Origin: Bugula neritina
Taxonomy: Eukaryota; Animalia; Bryozoa
Direction: 5' to 3'
DNA: 64,000 nucleotides
Assembly: GCA_964035545.1 (NCBI GenBank)
Contig: OZ037765.1
Span: 29,511,504-29,575,503, forward strand
Each line of letters opens with the position of its first letter. The first letter of the stretch is position 1. The translations under genes and the position numbers were made by a program. The notes below the pieces were generated by a model, which searched no databases, was not told the DNA's origin, and saw nothing but the letters and a program-made list of their open reading frames with translations. Shown here one piece after another: positions 1-18,574 of this stretch.

Positions 1-251
1 AATTTTCCTAGTACACTTTCCCTGCGTAGTTGTATGACAATTTTAGTGCATTTATACATTCAACACATCTAAGTTGTATACAAGCTCACCAAAACATAAT
101 CCCAATTTATGATTCCGCCAATGATGTGATTACATGCCTGGTATACAAATCTATAATTGGACTGCTCAGTGTATTAATAGAAACACATGACGTGATATGT
201 TGCCGCCAATTAAGCACCTGCCAGTAGTGACGCACTCTATTTGTCATAGCG

Positions 252-3200
252 ATGATGGCATGTAGCATGGAAGCTGACTTCTCAGAAGGTTTCGAACCGA
301 GGTTTGTTTTTATATGACCTATAGATATTATATAACGCTGTGCTATTTACAAGTATACATTATATGCAATAGGTTTTATATCAATAATATTTTATTAACA
401 AATAAATTGAGGAAATATCGATAAAATTAGTTTCCCCACAATAATAACTAATAGCAATACAGTTGTATTGTTATTAGTATTATGAAAATCCTAATGGTGA
501 TACATGTTTGGTTTAAATAACTAATAAGTAATTATGATATAATCCTGATAATAAATAATGATAATTTTAAATGTCGAAGTACTAATATGGAATACCATAT
601 TTTTTGCATAGGTTTGTAATATTTATTCTAATTGTTTACAACTGCGTCATCACCAGTTATGAAAATTGTATTTCATGTTAGTAGTGAACTGCTTAAAGTC
701 TTTTGATTGTACATGGCTCATTACTGCAGTTGTAGTAGTTTAATTTTAAACTAGTATGAAAGGTCATCAGGTGCTATAAAGCAAAGTAAACTCCTAGTTT
801 TTCATAAGTTTAAATCATTATAACTTAATTAGTGCCATGCCTGTAGATGCAATGTGGTGTAACATTTACGAGATGGAAAATGCAACATATACTTTCCTAT
901 TCACCAAAATTAATCATGGAGCGCACATTAGTAGTGCCATCTTACAGCTTACTTGAACTCAGCCGTAGAATTGGTGATGGTAGAAGAGAACTAGTAAAAC
1001 TTGTAACACTGGTCTGTGACAGGATGTTTCAAGTACTTGAATTTTAGTGAACTTTAGTTCCAGGCTTTACAAGGTCACGATATCACTGCTTCAAGTTCAA
1101 ATCCGAAATAAAAAAACTTCGATCACAAATATCACCCAACAGAATGTTTGTTAGACTTGTACCATGATGCAGCACAGAGTTTGGGGTCACTGGATGCAGT
1201 GGGGAGTTTTAGTGTTCGGACAATAATGTGTATACATGCTTCTGGAGACAGTTATTATGCCATTACATGATGGGGTTAAACAAGGGTAATTTCTGTACTT
1301 GTCACCTTCTAAGGGCCCTGCAACATGTTTATCACTGCTGCAAGCATACTCCTATTTGAATGCAAAACTATATTTATAGAGCCAGATGCTGTAATAAGTC
1401 AATTTGCAACTTTTTATTTGATTTGTCAACAACATTGATCACTTTCAACAAATAATGTTTATTACACCTTTTCATGTTTTTTAGTTTTTGTAATTTAATA
1501 AAAACTTACTTTACTAAAGTTAAACATTATGACAGTAGTGTATACATTCATTTCAGCTTTGTTACACGAAAATAGTATGTTATAATATATGTAGTTTGTA
1601 TAATGCATTTAATAGTAGGTACAGAAGAGTGTTTACGATTGCTGTACTCATAGTGAAATATCACAAGTCTTACCAGTTTGGGTATTTCAATACATAAAAT
1701 AACCATAATAAAATTGAATACATGATGAAAGGTTCATTGATTGCTTACACAATATATATTATTTTGTAGCAAGCTGTTTGCTGGAGGTTTGAGTTGGAGG
1801 ACAACAAGTGGTGAGTGACCTTTATAGAGTCTACATTTTGGGTACGCCATAGGTTGGGACTTACTACCACTAGGTGGAGTTGTGTTATGACCTAGAACAT
1901 ACAACTCCATTCCACTCAAATAGCTAAGAATGTTAAACAAAAAACATATTTCAACAGTTGTTAGAAATGAAGCTTTTTTCAGTTTGAATGTTTGAGAAAA
2001 ATTATAAATTTGAAATACAGTAACAATATTCAATTTAATGTTCTTCCATAATTTAAGCTTCTGCATGGGGGTTAATTAAAACTTTGTATGCATTTCCATT
2101 AAATCATGACTATCAGTTTGTAAATTGTTTTGCTTTTGCAATAAAAATTTCGCTGTGTGAATTTAATACGTTTAATCTTATACGTAAAATCGTTATCCTA
2201 GGTGAGACACTAAATAGTGGTGACTCTTTTGTGTTGTATACTTAGAAAAATGCTAAAGTGGTGTTTACTTTTTATTATAAACATGTTTGTTAATATCTGC
2301 AGCTTCCAACTAATAAAAATATTTTTTTAATTATCAAGTGGTTTTAGTTGAGGAATTTTGTAATTGATTTGTAACTTAAATAGTATAAATTATGTAGTTT
2401 GAAACTATAACGTTAATTATAAATTTTTATGATTTTAGAATCACTGCAAGAATATTTTCAGCAATATGGCCATGTTGAAAAGTGTGAAATTATGCATAAT
2501 TTGAAAAATTTGAAGCCTCGAGGGTTTGGCTTTGTAACATTTACCTCAAGTAAAGTGGCTGCCGAAGTACTAGCATGCAGACATGTACTAGATGATAAAG
2601 AGGTAAGTCAAGTAGTATATATACTATAATATATATCACCTCTCACAGCTTGTGTGTATTCAACTTGTTTATTTCCTGTGAGATGTTTTTACTTTTATGC
2701 TGATTATTTTTGTTGGTGTCATTATATTATCTGATATTCAAAAGATTTTATTCTTTTTAAGAAATGTTGGGGCTAATTATTTAACTTATTTGTTGTTGCA
2801 TTGGGTCTTGTGTAGCTGCAAAACTATTGATAAATCCAAATCATTTACATGAACTTAAAACAACAGACACTTGTATGTTTTCAGTTTTAAGATTAAAGTG
2901 TATTATGGTGGTATAGACTATAGAATAATTCTTAATATAACTTATGTTATACGGCTATACTAGTTGTAACTTAAATATTGTGTTACTTATTGTAGTACTT
3001 TTTATGGATTAAATATAAGTCTGTACAGCTCTAATGTGGGTTTATGTTGTATTTTTTAAAAAAAATTTTTGTATTACTTTGTTCTAATTTTAAATAAGTG
3101 TTTATATGTTTTAGATTGATGTTAAACCATCCACTCCCAAACCCACTAATAGAGTAAGTTTAATATCAGGGAATTATAGAGTATATGTACTATTTGTAGT

Positions 3201-5347
3201 TGTAAGTGTAAGATGCTATAATATTATAAAGATATATATACATTTTTTTATTTCAGATAGTTAGAAAAGAACAAGATGTGATCAATAAAAGAAAAATATT
3301 TATTGGAGGTATTCCATTAAATGCAACAGAAAAAGAAATTTTTGTGGCATTTGAGCAGCAGTTTGGTAAAGTAAGTAAACAGCATTAATGCTACAAGGTT
3401 GACTAATATAGTGATAATCTGATGACCAACTTTTTGTGTGTGATATTTTCGCAGAATGGCCCAATAAAATCAACTTGACAAGTATTGCCTGTAGTTCAGA
3501 GGTTTTGATGCAAGATTTTCAAAATTCTTTAGATTTGCTATATACATATACAGGGTATATCTTTTTGAAAGTAGCAGCCATAATCTTATTGTGGTTAAAG
3601 TACTGGCTTTGTAAGCACACGGTCAGTGGTTCGAATCCTAGTAAAGACCATTCGTGATGCTAGGAAGGACCAACAACCATAATTACTCCAATAAACAACA
3701 ATTCCTTAACTCTCTTTAGGGATTCTCTCATGGGGAAATAACTGTAAACCCTTGTGATATTCTTTTTAAGGTAGAGGAAGTAGTGATAATGTGCCAACCG
3801 AATGCAAACAATCCAAATACAGCATCTTCAAGGTCTCGAGGATTTGGTTTTGTTACATTTGAAGAAGAATTGCTGGCAAAACAAGCTGTAGATCAAGGTT
3901 TCATTTTAATTATGGATAAAAAGGTAAAAGTTGGCTTTTGTGAAACTTTTCTAAAGCTTGAGATTTTAAATTTTCAAATTGCACCAGGGTCATTTTACTT
4001 ATTTTAGTACACACTGGAAATCTCCAGTTTTTAGCTATTTTTCACAAATTAGCTGCTAATGAACATAGCTTTTGCCCAAAACTAGTAAAATATTCATTAA
4101 TACACCTATTTAATCAAGGTTCTTCTTAATTTTGTTTGATTTCCCATGTTTTTTCCTAATTATTTAGCTACTTTTTATTGCAGAGTGTTATGAAAAAACC
4201 ATAACTCTCCGAAATCAAAAATAGCTGAATAATTAGAAAAAAACATGGGAAATTAAGCAAAATTAAGAAGAACCTTGATTATTTGGGTGTGTTCATTTAT
4301 ATTTTACTAGTTTTAGGCAAAAACCCATGTTCATTAGCAGCTAAATTGTAAAAAATAGCTAAAAACTGGAGATTTCCAGTGTGTACTAAAATAAGTAAAA
4401 TGACCCACCAATTGTTGGTTGGTTAGAAGAAAATCTTTAGTTAATATATAGAATTATTTGCAAACCTTTCAGCAAGACCAGCCAACATATTTCATGTACA
4501 GCTCTTATAAAATGTAACTCCACAATAGCAGTTAATTAACGTTAAAAAGCCTACTGTGTCACCTCGCACTTGTTGCGTTACAATAGATACTTGATATCAT
4601 TATAAAGAATCTTTAAAATTGACAATATACAGTTGAAAAATATAACAAAGTAGTGGAGCGTAAATTTATGTGTTTTATAAATGAATCATATCAAGTTGAA
4701 TAATATTGTTTTTCTGCATCTTTGCCTAATTACTTTTTTCTCAGATAGATTTTCCTCCACACACCACTTTTATTCAATATCAGCTTTAAAGCTGTTAGAT
4801 TTTAAAGTTTATTTTCAATATGACATTTTTTCAATGTTTAAAGTTGGTAGATTTAAGAAATGAGTAGAGGTACTGTTTATGAGCTACTGATGTCTGTTGG
4901 AAATTTTCTTATAAATATATATATTTGCTCCGTCAATGCTGAAAGAAGCCACCTAATTTTAAGTAATTTCCAGCTCTTGTTTCATTTCCAAGACAGGTTT
5001 TCTAGTTACATGTATATCAATTGTTTGATATAAGGAATTTCTTTATGCTGCGTATATTTATATTTGTTACTTTTCAAGGTGGAAATGAAGCGTGCTGAAC
5101 CCAGAAATCCCTGTGATCTCATGGAATTTGCACTAGATAGAAACGCCCTTTCTAATAATCATAAAGGTGCATTTTATATATATTAATTAAATCTTCAATT
5201 ATAAACAAATGTGATTTATTTATTATTTTTTAAAACCCTGAATATGCCCAAATTTTAGTTTCAATTTTTTTAATGAAATATTCAAGTAAAACATATATAT
5301 AAATATATTATGTGATGTGTGTGCGCGTTAATATACATATATATGCA

Positions 5348-5379
<32 letters not shown>

Positions 5380-5746
5380 GTAATATATACATACATGAAA
5401 TTGTTGCTATAATAATTAGTGTAAAGTACTGTAGGAGTTTTTGTATTCTATAGCAGCCAATGAAGTGATGCCTCACCACATGGTCTCCAGTTACTCTGAG
5501 CCAACATATGGTGGTCAAGACTTTTACAGCCATCGTCAAATTGTTCTCCAGACTTGGCAACAGTGCACTACATCTACTGACTATCAAGCACTTGTTTACA
5601 CCAACCACAATGTGGCAGGAATGCTGCCTAATGTAGTATCTCCTACTCTGTGCTACCCAGTCACACATACTCCAGTCACTTATAATGGATTTTTACCTTT
5701 CAATTATGTCACAGATGGAGCATTGCTAAGAAGAGCAAGTTTATAA
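252..5746 (+). CDS. Two-RRM RNA-binding protein of the Musashi/DAZAP1/Hrb27C (hnRNP A/B-like) family, 8 exons
   Basis: Exons ~252-301, 1770-1810, 2439-2602, 3115-3153, 3257-3370, 3771-3923, 5079-5166, 5454-5746 join in frame via GT-AG. RRM1 has KLFAGGLSWRTT...RGFGFVTF...HVLDDKEIDVK; RRM2 has KIFIGGIP...SRGFGFVTF...KKVEMKRAEPR. Confidence 0.85.
3572..3756 (+). mobile_element. tRNA-derived SINE, diverged copy of the family at 19710 and 24697
   Basis: A-box-like gtggttaaag, anticodon-arm-like ggctttgtaagc, B box ggttcgaatcc, followed by the shared body (gtgatgctaggaag...cataattactcc...taactgtaaac..ttgtg). Confidence 0.7.
3987..4406. mobile_element. Palindromic non-autonomous DNA transposon (MITE/foldback) with ~200-bp arms and 4-bp TSD ACCA
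   Basis: Left end gggtcattttacttattttagtacacactggaaatctccagtttttagctatttt is the reverse complement of the right end ...ctggagatttccagtgtgtactaaaataagtaaaatgaccc. Imperfect complementarity continues to the centre near 4195. ACCA flanks both ends. Confidence 0.9.
5320..5395. repeat. (AT)n-rich microsatellite
   Basis: tatatatata run in the last intron of the RRM gene. Confidence 0.8.
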
Positions 5747-6544
5747 ACTGCTTTTAACAAAGTTCTTTTATATATTATAGCCTAAGGCTTGAAGTTTCAG
5801 TTCAAGTAGTTGATTTGAGTTGAAAAGTTTTTTTTTCTGTTACAATTTTTAATGTAAAGGTAGGCGCACCTTTATTTACTTTTGTGCAACAGTGCATGCA
5901 TGGCATCTTTTAGTCATATAAACTTTGTTGTTTTCAAGTTTATGTAAACTTTACATGTACATATCCTAATAAACTGTCAAAAAATTTTACTCAAGTGATC
6001 AAGTCCTACTTGTGACTATAAGCGAGTATGCTGTAAATTTAAGAGCTGCATTAAAATATAAAGAAAACTTGTGCCTCTATATTCTATAATAAACAGAAGT
6101 TGAATGCTTCCAAGAATATGTAGAATTACAAGCTGCTGACCTTGCCCTGCAATATTATAGTGCTATTCAAAAGTTATTCTCAACAGCTGCTTCTACCAAT
6201 ACTTGGCAGTATGCCTGCATTTGACAATTTGGAAATGATGTGAGAGCTGATTATATTTGAGAGTTACAGTGCGCTTATTTGGCCGACAATCGTGTAGTTA
6301 GAAAACCCATGTGGGGCAATGCTATTCTATCAAAAATAAGGCAATTATGTCGATACTAGTCCTTCAACTTGATTGACTGGTAGAGGAAACATCACTGGCA
6401 GCACCATCTGTATTCATTATTATCAAGTATAAATTAAAACAAGATTACATGCCAGGACTTTCTCAATGTAGTTAGTGACAACAGAGAAGATAAAACATCT
6501 CTTAATCAACCATATAAAATCATGATTAGCCAATCTTGAGATTA

Positions 6545-11536
<4,992 letters not shown>

Positions 11537-12976
11537 GGTTTAATTACTGAATTTTTTCAATCAGTGGTTTCAATAACAAATATCACTAACTAATTACAGC
11601 ACGAATGTAAGTATAAATAATAAAATAATTGATAATTTTTTATTAGAAGTATGAAATTGAATGATAGTTGTTGGAAGAAAGCAAATGTAATAACAGGAAA
11701 CACACTGTTGCTCGATTTATTTCCGTAAAATACACTTTAATACTATAACTATAACGTTGCAATGCATGAAAAGAGAGTGCACTCCGGAACGCTAAATCTA
11801 TCCACGCCTTCACATTATTTTGCCTCATAAAATTGTGGGACGCGCACATTTTAAAAGAATGCAACTCCAAATTTTTCTCATCCTTCATGGTAGTGGTTGG
11901 TCATATTTTTAAATCTGTAATTTGTAAATAATTGTGCTATGTTACTAGCTAAACTTGAATGTTTATAAAAAAAGATCAATCATTGCTTTGCTCATAGCAT
12001 ACAACCTGACATGAATTTTCAATGAAACTGGCCGAAATATTGATAGCATGCAAAAGTTTATCTTTTAATCCTTTTGTGCATGTTGTATAACTATAAGACT
12101 AAATTTCTGCATCTATATAACATATTATTTAGCAACTTAGAACTTATATCATTAATTTGTCAAAATATTTTTTGTTGGTACAAGCTCAGTGTGTAAATTA
12201 TAACAACTTGGCTAACTTTTATGCGTCAAAACAGAAAGCATACTATAAGAAAATACTCTACTCCTTACTATCATATTTACACCCAATTACTTTTTGGTCA
12301 GCGATAGATGTACCACATTATTTTGCTTTTAAACCAATTAAGATAAAAGATGATATCAGTTTTCATTCTAATCTTGCACACCTTGATCTCTACTATAATA
12401 TTGATTAATGTTGGTTCAAACTTCACCACTAGCATTATTGTAAAGTTGCTATTTCCCACACAACTTTTGTCATCAGTTGCCAATTTTACTTGTCATGCAC
12501 TCATCAACAGAATTTTTGCTCAATAATTTGCCTTTAGAGTTTTTCAAACTGCAACAAACTTTAAAAACGCCTAGTTTGTATAAATAAAATACCCCTTTGA
12601 AACATAACATGTTATAAAGAAATGAGATTAAAATTCTAAAGATCACATGAAGTTTATATTTAACCTATCGACAACATTCTTAACTCTATGCAATAGTTGC
12701 AACATCGTGACAAAATAATTATTTTGATGTTAAAACAGTCAAAAGTAAACAACAAAAGACTACAGGCAAACACTAGTTGTGGAGCGGTAGGTTGAGCTCC
12801 ATGCCAGTTGTTTTACACAAGTCAGCATTAGTACATAATCATTATTATATATTATATTATTCCACATTTGTTGACATGTAAAGGAGTCACTAAAATAAGC
12901 AAGAAAGGGAAAGCTATAATTTTTTCCTCAATACAATGTTACTGTACAACTGTACAACAATAATTTAGTGAATTGT

Positions 12977-15900
12977 TCATTGCAAGGTGGTTGTGCCCAC
13001 AATCTTTTGTTGACCTAAAAATAATTCTTTATCAGCACCTTCCAATGCCCATTTATATGAACACATCTCCAAGGCTTCCCATTCCGCCTGTAAAACAAAC
13101 AAATCATACCCCATCACACATATGTGACAATACAGCAAAAGTTATCTTCCCAGAGTAGAAATATTGGAGCCAGATTTATAATAATAAATTACTTGGTAAT
13201 GTTGTATGTACTAAACTTTAAACTCAACTACATTTTAGGTACAGTTGAATATATTAACCTCTGGCACCAATCTACCAATAAATATAAATCATAATTTCTA
13301 CAGATGTTTTGGTTGAATATTCGAGCTCTACAACTTAGTTATAGCTCTTTATAAACAAGACATCACTCAAACATTAGATTAGCATGCAGTGAGCCATCCT
13401 GGTTGCTTTAATTTCTCAAGACTGCTTCAGTTTAACAAGTTCCTAACTTTTATCTAGTTTGTGATTATTTAGTGTAGTGATAAACCTGAGGCAGTAAAAC
13501 AAACCTTTCTAAAGATCAGATACTCTGTATGCTTGAAATTGAAAAAGAGCACCATTTTTCATTCATCAGAATTAAATATCAACTTTAAAAAAAAAATTCA
13601 AGCTGCAAACTTATCGGGCATCCAACTATAAATTGTTGGACTCTACATGCTTGCTGATGAGCCACTATCCATTATCTTTAAAATAGTATTCAAAATTTTT
13701 CCCTAACTTTTTTGAAATTTTCATCCTTATTTTATATTACACTATGTCTCACAAGATAGGAGTTCTTGTGTAAAGTTATGTCCACAGGAACTCTGGTGCC
13801 GTATATATAAATTGTTAAGTGAGTATCAAACTATAGTAAAACAAAACATGTAATGACCTTTTTGAGTATTAAGACACAAAATTGCTGAAATTAGAAAAGC
13901 AATGAATTTGATAATGTTTACTAGATATTGCAATTACAGAAAAAATCTTGAACTCAATTGAATACTTTAGTTTAATATCACAAAGACAATTTTGCATCCT
14001 TTAACGGAAAATGTGGTCATCAGAAAGTTGTTGTTACACACCATAGATGCACCGAGTAATACATACCTTAAATGCTTTATTCGGATCTTGTTGGGACATC
14101 GCTGCTGCATTTCCTGTAAACTGATCTTGCATAGCTCTAGTTTGATCTGCAGCTGCAAAAGAGAAAAAACCAGGTGTTGTACAGTAGCAAAGTCTATCGG
14201 GGGTCACACAGGTACGCTTAAGCATACGGGTGAGAATAGTACAAATTTGAAGGACAACTAATCACTGCATACCACATGGTTGCATGTAGTATAAATAGAA
14301 AGTAAGATATACAATATTAGAAAACCAAGCGCTTACCATTATCCTGACCGAGTATGAGAGTATAGACGCTACGTAATCCAAAGACGTTAAGGAAGTACCA
14401 AGACACGCTGCTGACCCAGGCAGCGTCTAGAGACGGCAGAGCTACTCCTCTTTGCAACATCTCTTTGAACCGCAGAGTCAAAGGAAATGGAACTTTGGCT
14501 AAAGTTGAAAAATGCATTGTTTATATATTTATCATTTGTATTGACTTATATATTTATTATTTGCAAAATGAAGACAGGACAAAGGTTCAATATTTTAAGC
14601 TAGTGACCTTATGATTATATGCAAGGCATTAAATTAGTACCCACTTTCTCGAGAAATAAAAATACTAAACAAATGAAGTAAAACAATAAGTGTTGAAAGA
14701 ATTCTTGTTGGTATAGCTATATGAATGGAATGACTTACTAGTTAAAAACCCTGAAAATGCCCAGTTGATCCAACCACCAATTACAATCATGGGCAACATG
14801 TTAGTCAGGTTTCCTTTCATCATTTCAGTCATCATACTAGGATCTGAAAATAGTGAGCTTTTACAGTTTATAATCTGTAACCCGATGCTGCGTCTATTTG
14901 ATACAAATTTAAATAAAGCAAACTATTCTCTTCACAAAGTCGAAGATTTAAAAACATTTATCTGGAAAATCAATTGCTAATAAATTGAATTATGTTAAAA
15001 TCATGTCTACTTGCTTTCAGAAATGTGTTGTAATCAAAAGTAGGAAACTTTATGGATGAACAGATCTACCAGAACACCTCACAAAATTACATAGTTTCAA
15101 TATGTTGCTGCTCACCAGACATGGGATTTTTTGGCTGCTGTGTTTCCGTAGAATTCTGCTTTAAAGTAAAATATCCTCTGTCTTTGTCATTGAAATATGT
15201 CTTGCGACTATGAAAAGCCTAAATGCATAAATAAGTTTATTAAAATAAAAACAAATTAGTATTAATGCAGAAGGTTTACTATAAAATAATGTTCTCCGTC
15301 TCTGTTAACATGTGTTTCCCTAAGAATTCTAATTAGAAATCATGGTGTAGTTTTAAACACATGCACTTCAATTATTTGAGAAGTTTACATTTAGAATTGT
15401 AAATTTAAAAAGGCACAACATTAACTACAAACTGAAACACTTCAGTAAGTATAACAAGTTTACTAACCTTTGCCGGAATAAATTTTCCATTCTCTCTTAA
15501 AATTCTACTTCTCATGAGAGTTTGACTGCAAGCAACAACAACAGCTAGTAAATTGATATAATACTGTAAACAAAAAAAATAGTTATTTTTTGAGTGTAGC
15601 TATGAAGAACATCTTCTAGTATCGTCTTGTGCTGCATTCACTTATTTACTATAAGTATATTTATGGAAAGAAAAAATCTATTACTTATACTTATAGCTAT
15701 ATTAACATAGTTATACTACAGTCTTCTTCAAGTTCAGTCCTACCTATTCCTAACAGTAACTAACTAACCTAGTTAAAGTTCTGCTCACTTCAAGTATTTG
15801 AAGTGAGTAGAACTATTAGTATTACTATTATTAAAACATATCATACTGTAGTAGAATTGCGACGTATTATTTTGTTTTGTTGTTAAAGTTTTAGAGTTAT

Positions 15901-16959
15901 ATTCCCCCGCCACTTTCTTTTTTTTTGAGATAAATAATTAAGTATGTCAGCTGAAGCTCGTCCGAAGTCGAAGCCAAAGGTACGACTTCGGAAGGGTCTG
16001 CTCGAGATCGGGCAGAGCCTTTCCGACTTCGACTGGCGGAACCTCGAAATTCGGCCGAGTTTCGGACCCTCCAGTGGCGGGAATTTTTTGCAAAATATAA
16101 GGGCGAGCTTTTTCCAGTACAAATCAGTCTTACACTGGAGCTCGCCAAGGAAGGAACTAGATACAAATAAAGATCATCAGATTCAACTTTCAGAAGACTT
16201 TTTATTTCAACAAATAACAACATTGGCATGCAGACTACTTAGTACTTAGTCTATTTCATACAAACCCGCAAAATCATAACAATACATAATATTACAGAAA
16301 CAATACTAATTATTAATACAAACCTAGTATTTTACGCACTATTAACTATGACTATTGTTATTGCAACCTAAACCTAATCAAAAAACTAAAGGTAAATCGG
16401 CTTTTGAAATTAATAGTTTTAGTTCATAAGTCATAGACTGATAGAGTTGGACTCACAGTGACACTGATACTCATAGTCATGTTGACAGTGTGAGTGATAC
16501 TCAAAGTACACATCACAGTTACTGTTAGACTTAGTGTTAGTGTTACACACTACACAATATGAATATTAATATTTAAAATCAATCAATAAATTTGATGAAA
16601 TTCAAGTTGAATCAGTATGAGTATGGTGATGAGATTTAAATTCAAATTGAATCGACAATTAAAGTAACCATCAAACTCAAATTGAAACTCAACAGTCAAA
16701 GGGAAAGTAATAGCAAAAGTAACACTAACAGCAAGTGTAACACTCCCTCTCACTCTCAGACTCCAAAGTGAAAAGAGTGTCAGTGTCACTGGCCAGAAGT
16801 TTAAATTTACCTTGTTTGAAGAGCTTTACTGTCAACGACCTTATCAGATTGCAAAATTAATGAAACATAATGACGGATTATTCCAACCAGAAAAGTTATA
16901 ATGACAATGGGTAAAAATACCCAAAGTCGTATATCTGGATCTAAGAGAATCTCGGCCAT
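12977..16959 (-). CDS. EMC3: ER membrane protein complex subunit 3, 7 exons
   Basis: Exons ~16959-16811 ([21 protein letters not shown]), 15525-15469 ([13 protein letters not shown]), 15219-15117, 14843-14738 ([26 protein letters not shown]), 14499-14337 ([37 protein letters not shown]), 14154-14068, 13088-12977 (AEWEALE). Confidence 0.96.
15945..16147. ncRNA. Candidate structured non-coding RNA in EMC3 intron 1; family not recognised, strand uncertain
   Basis: Isolated CpG-rich island with several stem-loops (ccgaagtcg/cgacttcgg; tctgctcg/cgggcaga; cgaaattcgg/ccgagtttcg; ggcgagc..tccagt/actggagctcgcc) and AATTTTTTG before the last hairpin. Confidence 0.45.
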
Positions 16960-17400
16960 TTCGATTACAATAAATATTTATTTCGTGTAGTTATAACTCT
17001 CGTTTGGCAGATCGAGAACATACAATGCGAAGAGTGTGTTTAAACGCTTCGCGATCGCTTCTTTAATAGACCGACAACTCCCTATTTAATTAATTTCAAT
17101 GTAGTTTAATGACAACGAATTAATTATGATAGAAGAAGTTGCATTTTCTTGCTAATGATAAAATTGATGCATATAAACGATTGACAGACGTCCTTGGCTT
17201 AGAGTGTAATTTTCACAATGTAAAGAAATTTTGGTAAAATTAGAATTCGTGGGTGTAACATCTCGTGTAGGTTTGAAAGTTAAGAGGCTAAAGTTGGCCT
17301 AATAGTGAGTGACTGAGTACACCGTACAGTATGAGTAGGAGTGTTTGTATACACATCGTTGTGCAAACTCTGTGCTTGCTCTGGACTTGAATGCACAAAA
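16960..17400. promoter_or_regulatory. Probable bidirectional promoter between EMC3 and the PH-domain gene
   Basis: The genes are head-to-head, and there is local CpG enrichment (cgcttcgcgatcgc at ~17045) in otherwise CpG-poor DNA. Confidence 0.5.
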
Positions 17401-18574
17401 CTAATGCACTCAGTGACGACCACCAACTTGTTCTTGTTGCTGTTTCAAGCGATTTTCTAGTAGCAGTATGTCTAACCTAGTAGTACTAGTAGTAAGTAGT
17501 ACAAATAAAGTTAAACATTGACATTATGATTTAAAGTTAAAGTAATTAACTATAACATTTACATTAACAGATTAACTATAACTATAGGCGGTATGAGTAT
17601 GACATTGATTATCAGTATGAGTATGACTATGACAGTAGAGTATGAGTATGACTATGATTATGATTGTCAGTATCATTATCACTATGGGTAAATAGAAAAT
17701 AATTTTTATTTACAATTTCTATCAGTAGTTATAAAAATTAAAAAAATGAATATTATAATTATTAATATTATAAAATGAAATTAGTTTTGTAGTAAAACTA
17801 GATTCAATAAGGAAGGATATCATAATTTAAATTATTATATATTTTTATTTTTTCATTATCACTTGCTCCACATCAAGTTAGAGCTGTTTTTTGTTTCAGT
17901 TTAAGTTTTACCAACAGACAAAAGTTAGTGTTGCTATTAACTTTGTGTTTACTAAGCAAATGCTCTGACTCCCAAACCTGCTTTTTTAGTTCACACTCAC
18001 TTGTCTAATTTGTTTAAAGGTTTTTTCCAGCTAGATACATTTCAATCATCTGAAAGTTTGAGAATTGTTAAGTACCTAGCTCTAATATGAAGATATTTGC
18101 ATAAAAGTCATAATTTAATATGGCAATTTAATATGGCAACATGTCCTATGATTGTATTGTGTTAGGTAATAGGTACTAAATGGTATCGTTTTACTAACAG
18201 TAGAATATATATTTGAAACATTTAGAATGCTATATTATGTTAGCCAGTGGTTCTTGAGCTTTTCAAAAATATTGAACATAACTAGGCACTGACAGACTTG
18301 AACGGTGCAAGTTTTTATTGCCGATAATAAAATTTAGTTTTGTTTTAACAGCAACAACGCCCACGAGTTGAAACACTGTACTATGGTCATGCAAGCTGTC
18401 AATATTTTTGCCACTTTTATTTTATTTGATTTTAGCACATAAAATTCATAGGTGTTAAAGTGGTTAGGCACTTGTCACCTAATCACTGACTTTTTCTATA
18501 AAGTGTGCATATTATAATGTACTTATGTAACATGTTTATACTCAAAAAGGTAACAGGGCTGTGGTAGTCATAGC

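Noticed and set aside
15883-16249. Three overlapping ORFs (79-110 aa) as nested protein genes
   Set aside because: No recognisable domain; open frames are expected in a GC-rich palindromic island. A micro-exon [12 protein letters not shown]|gt is not fully excluded.
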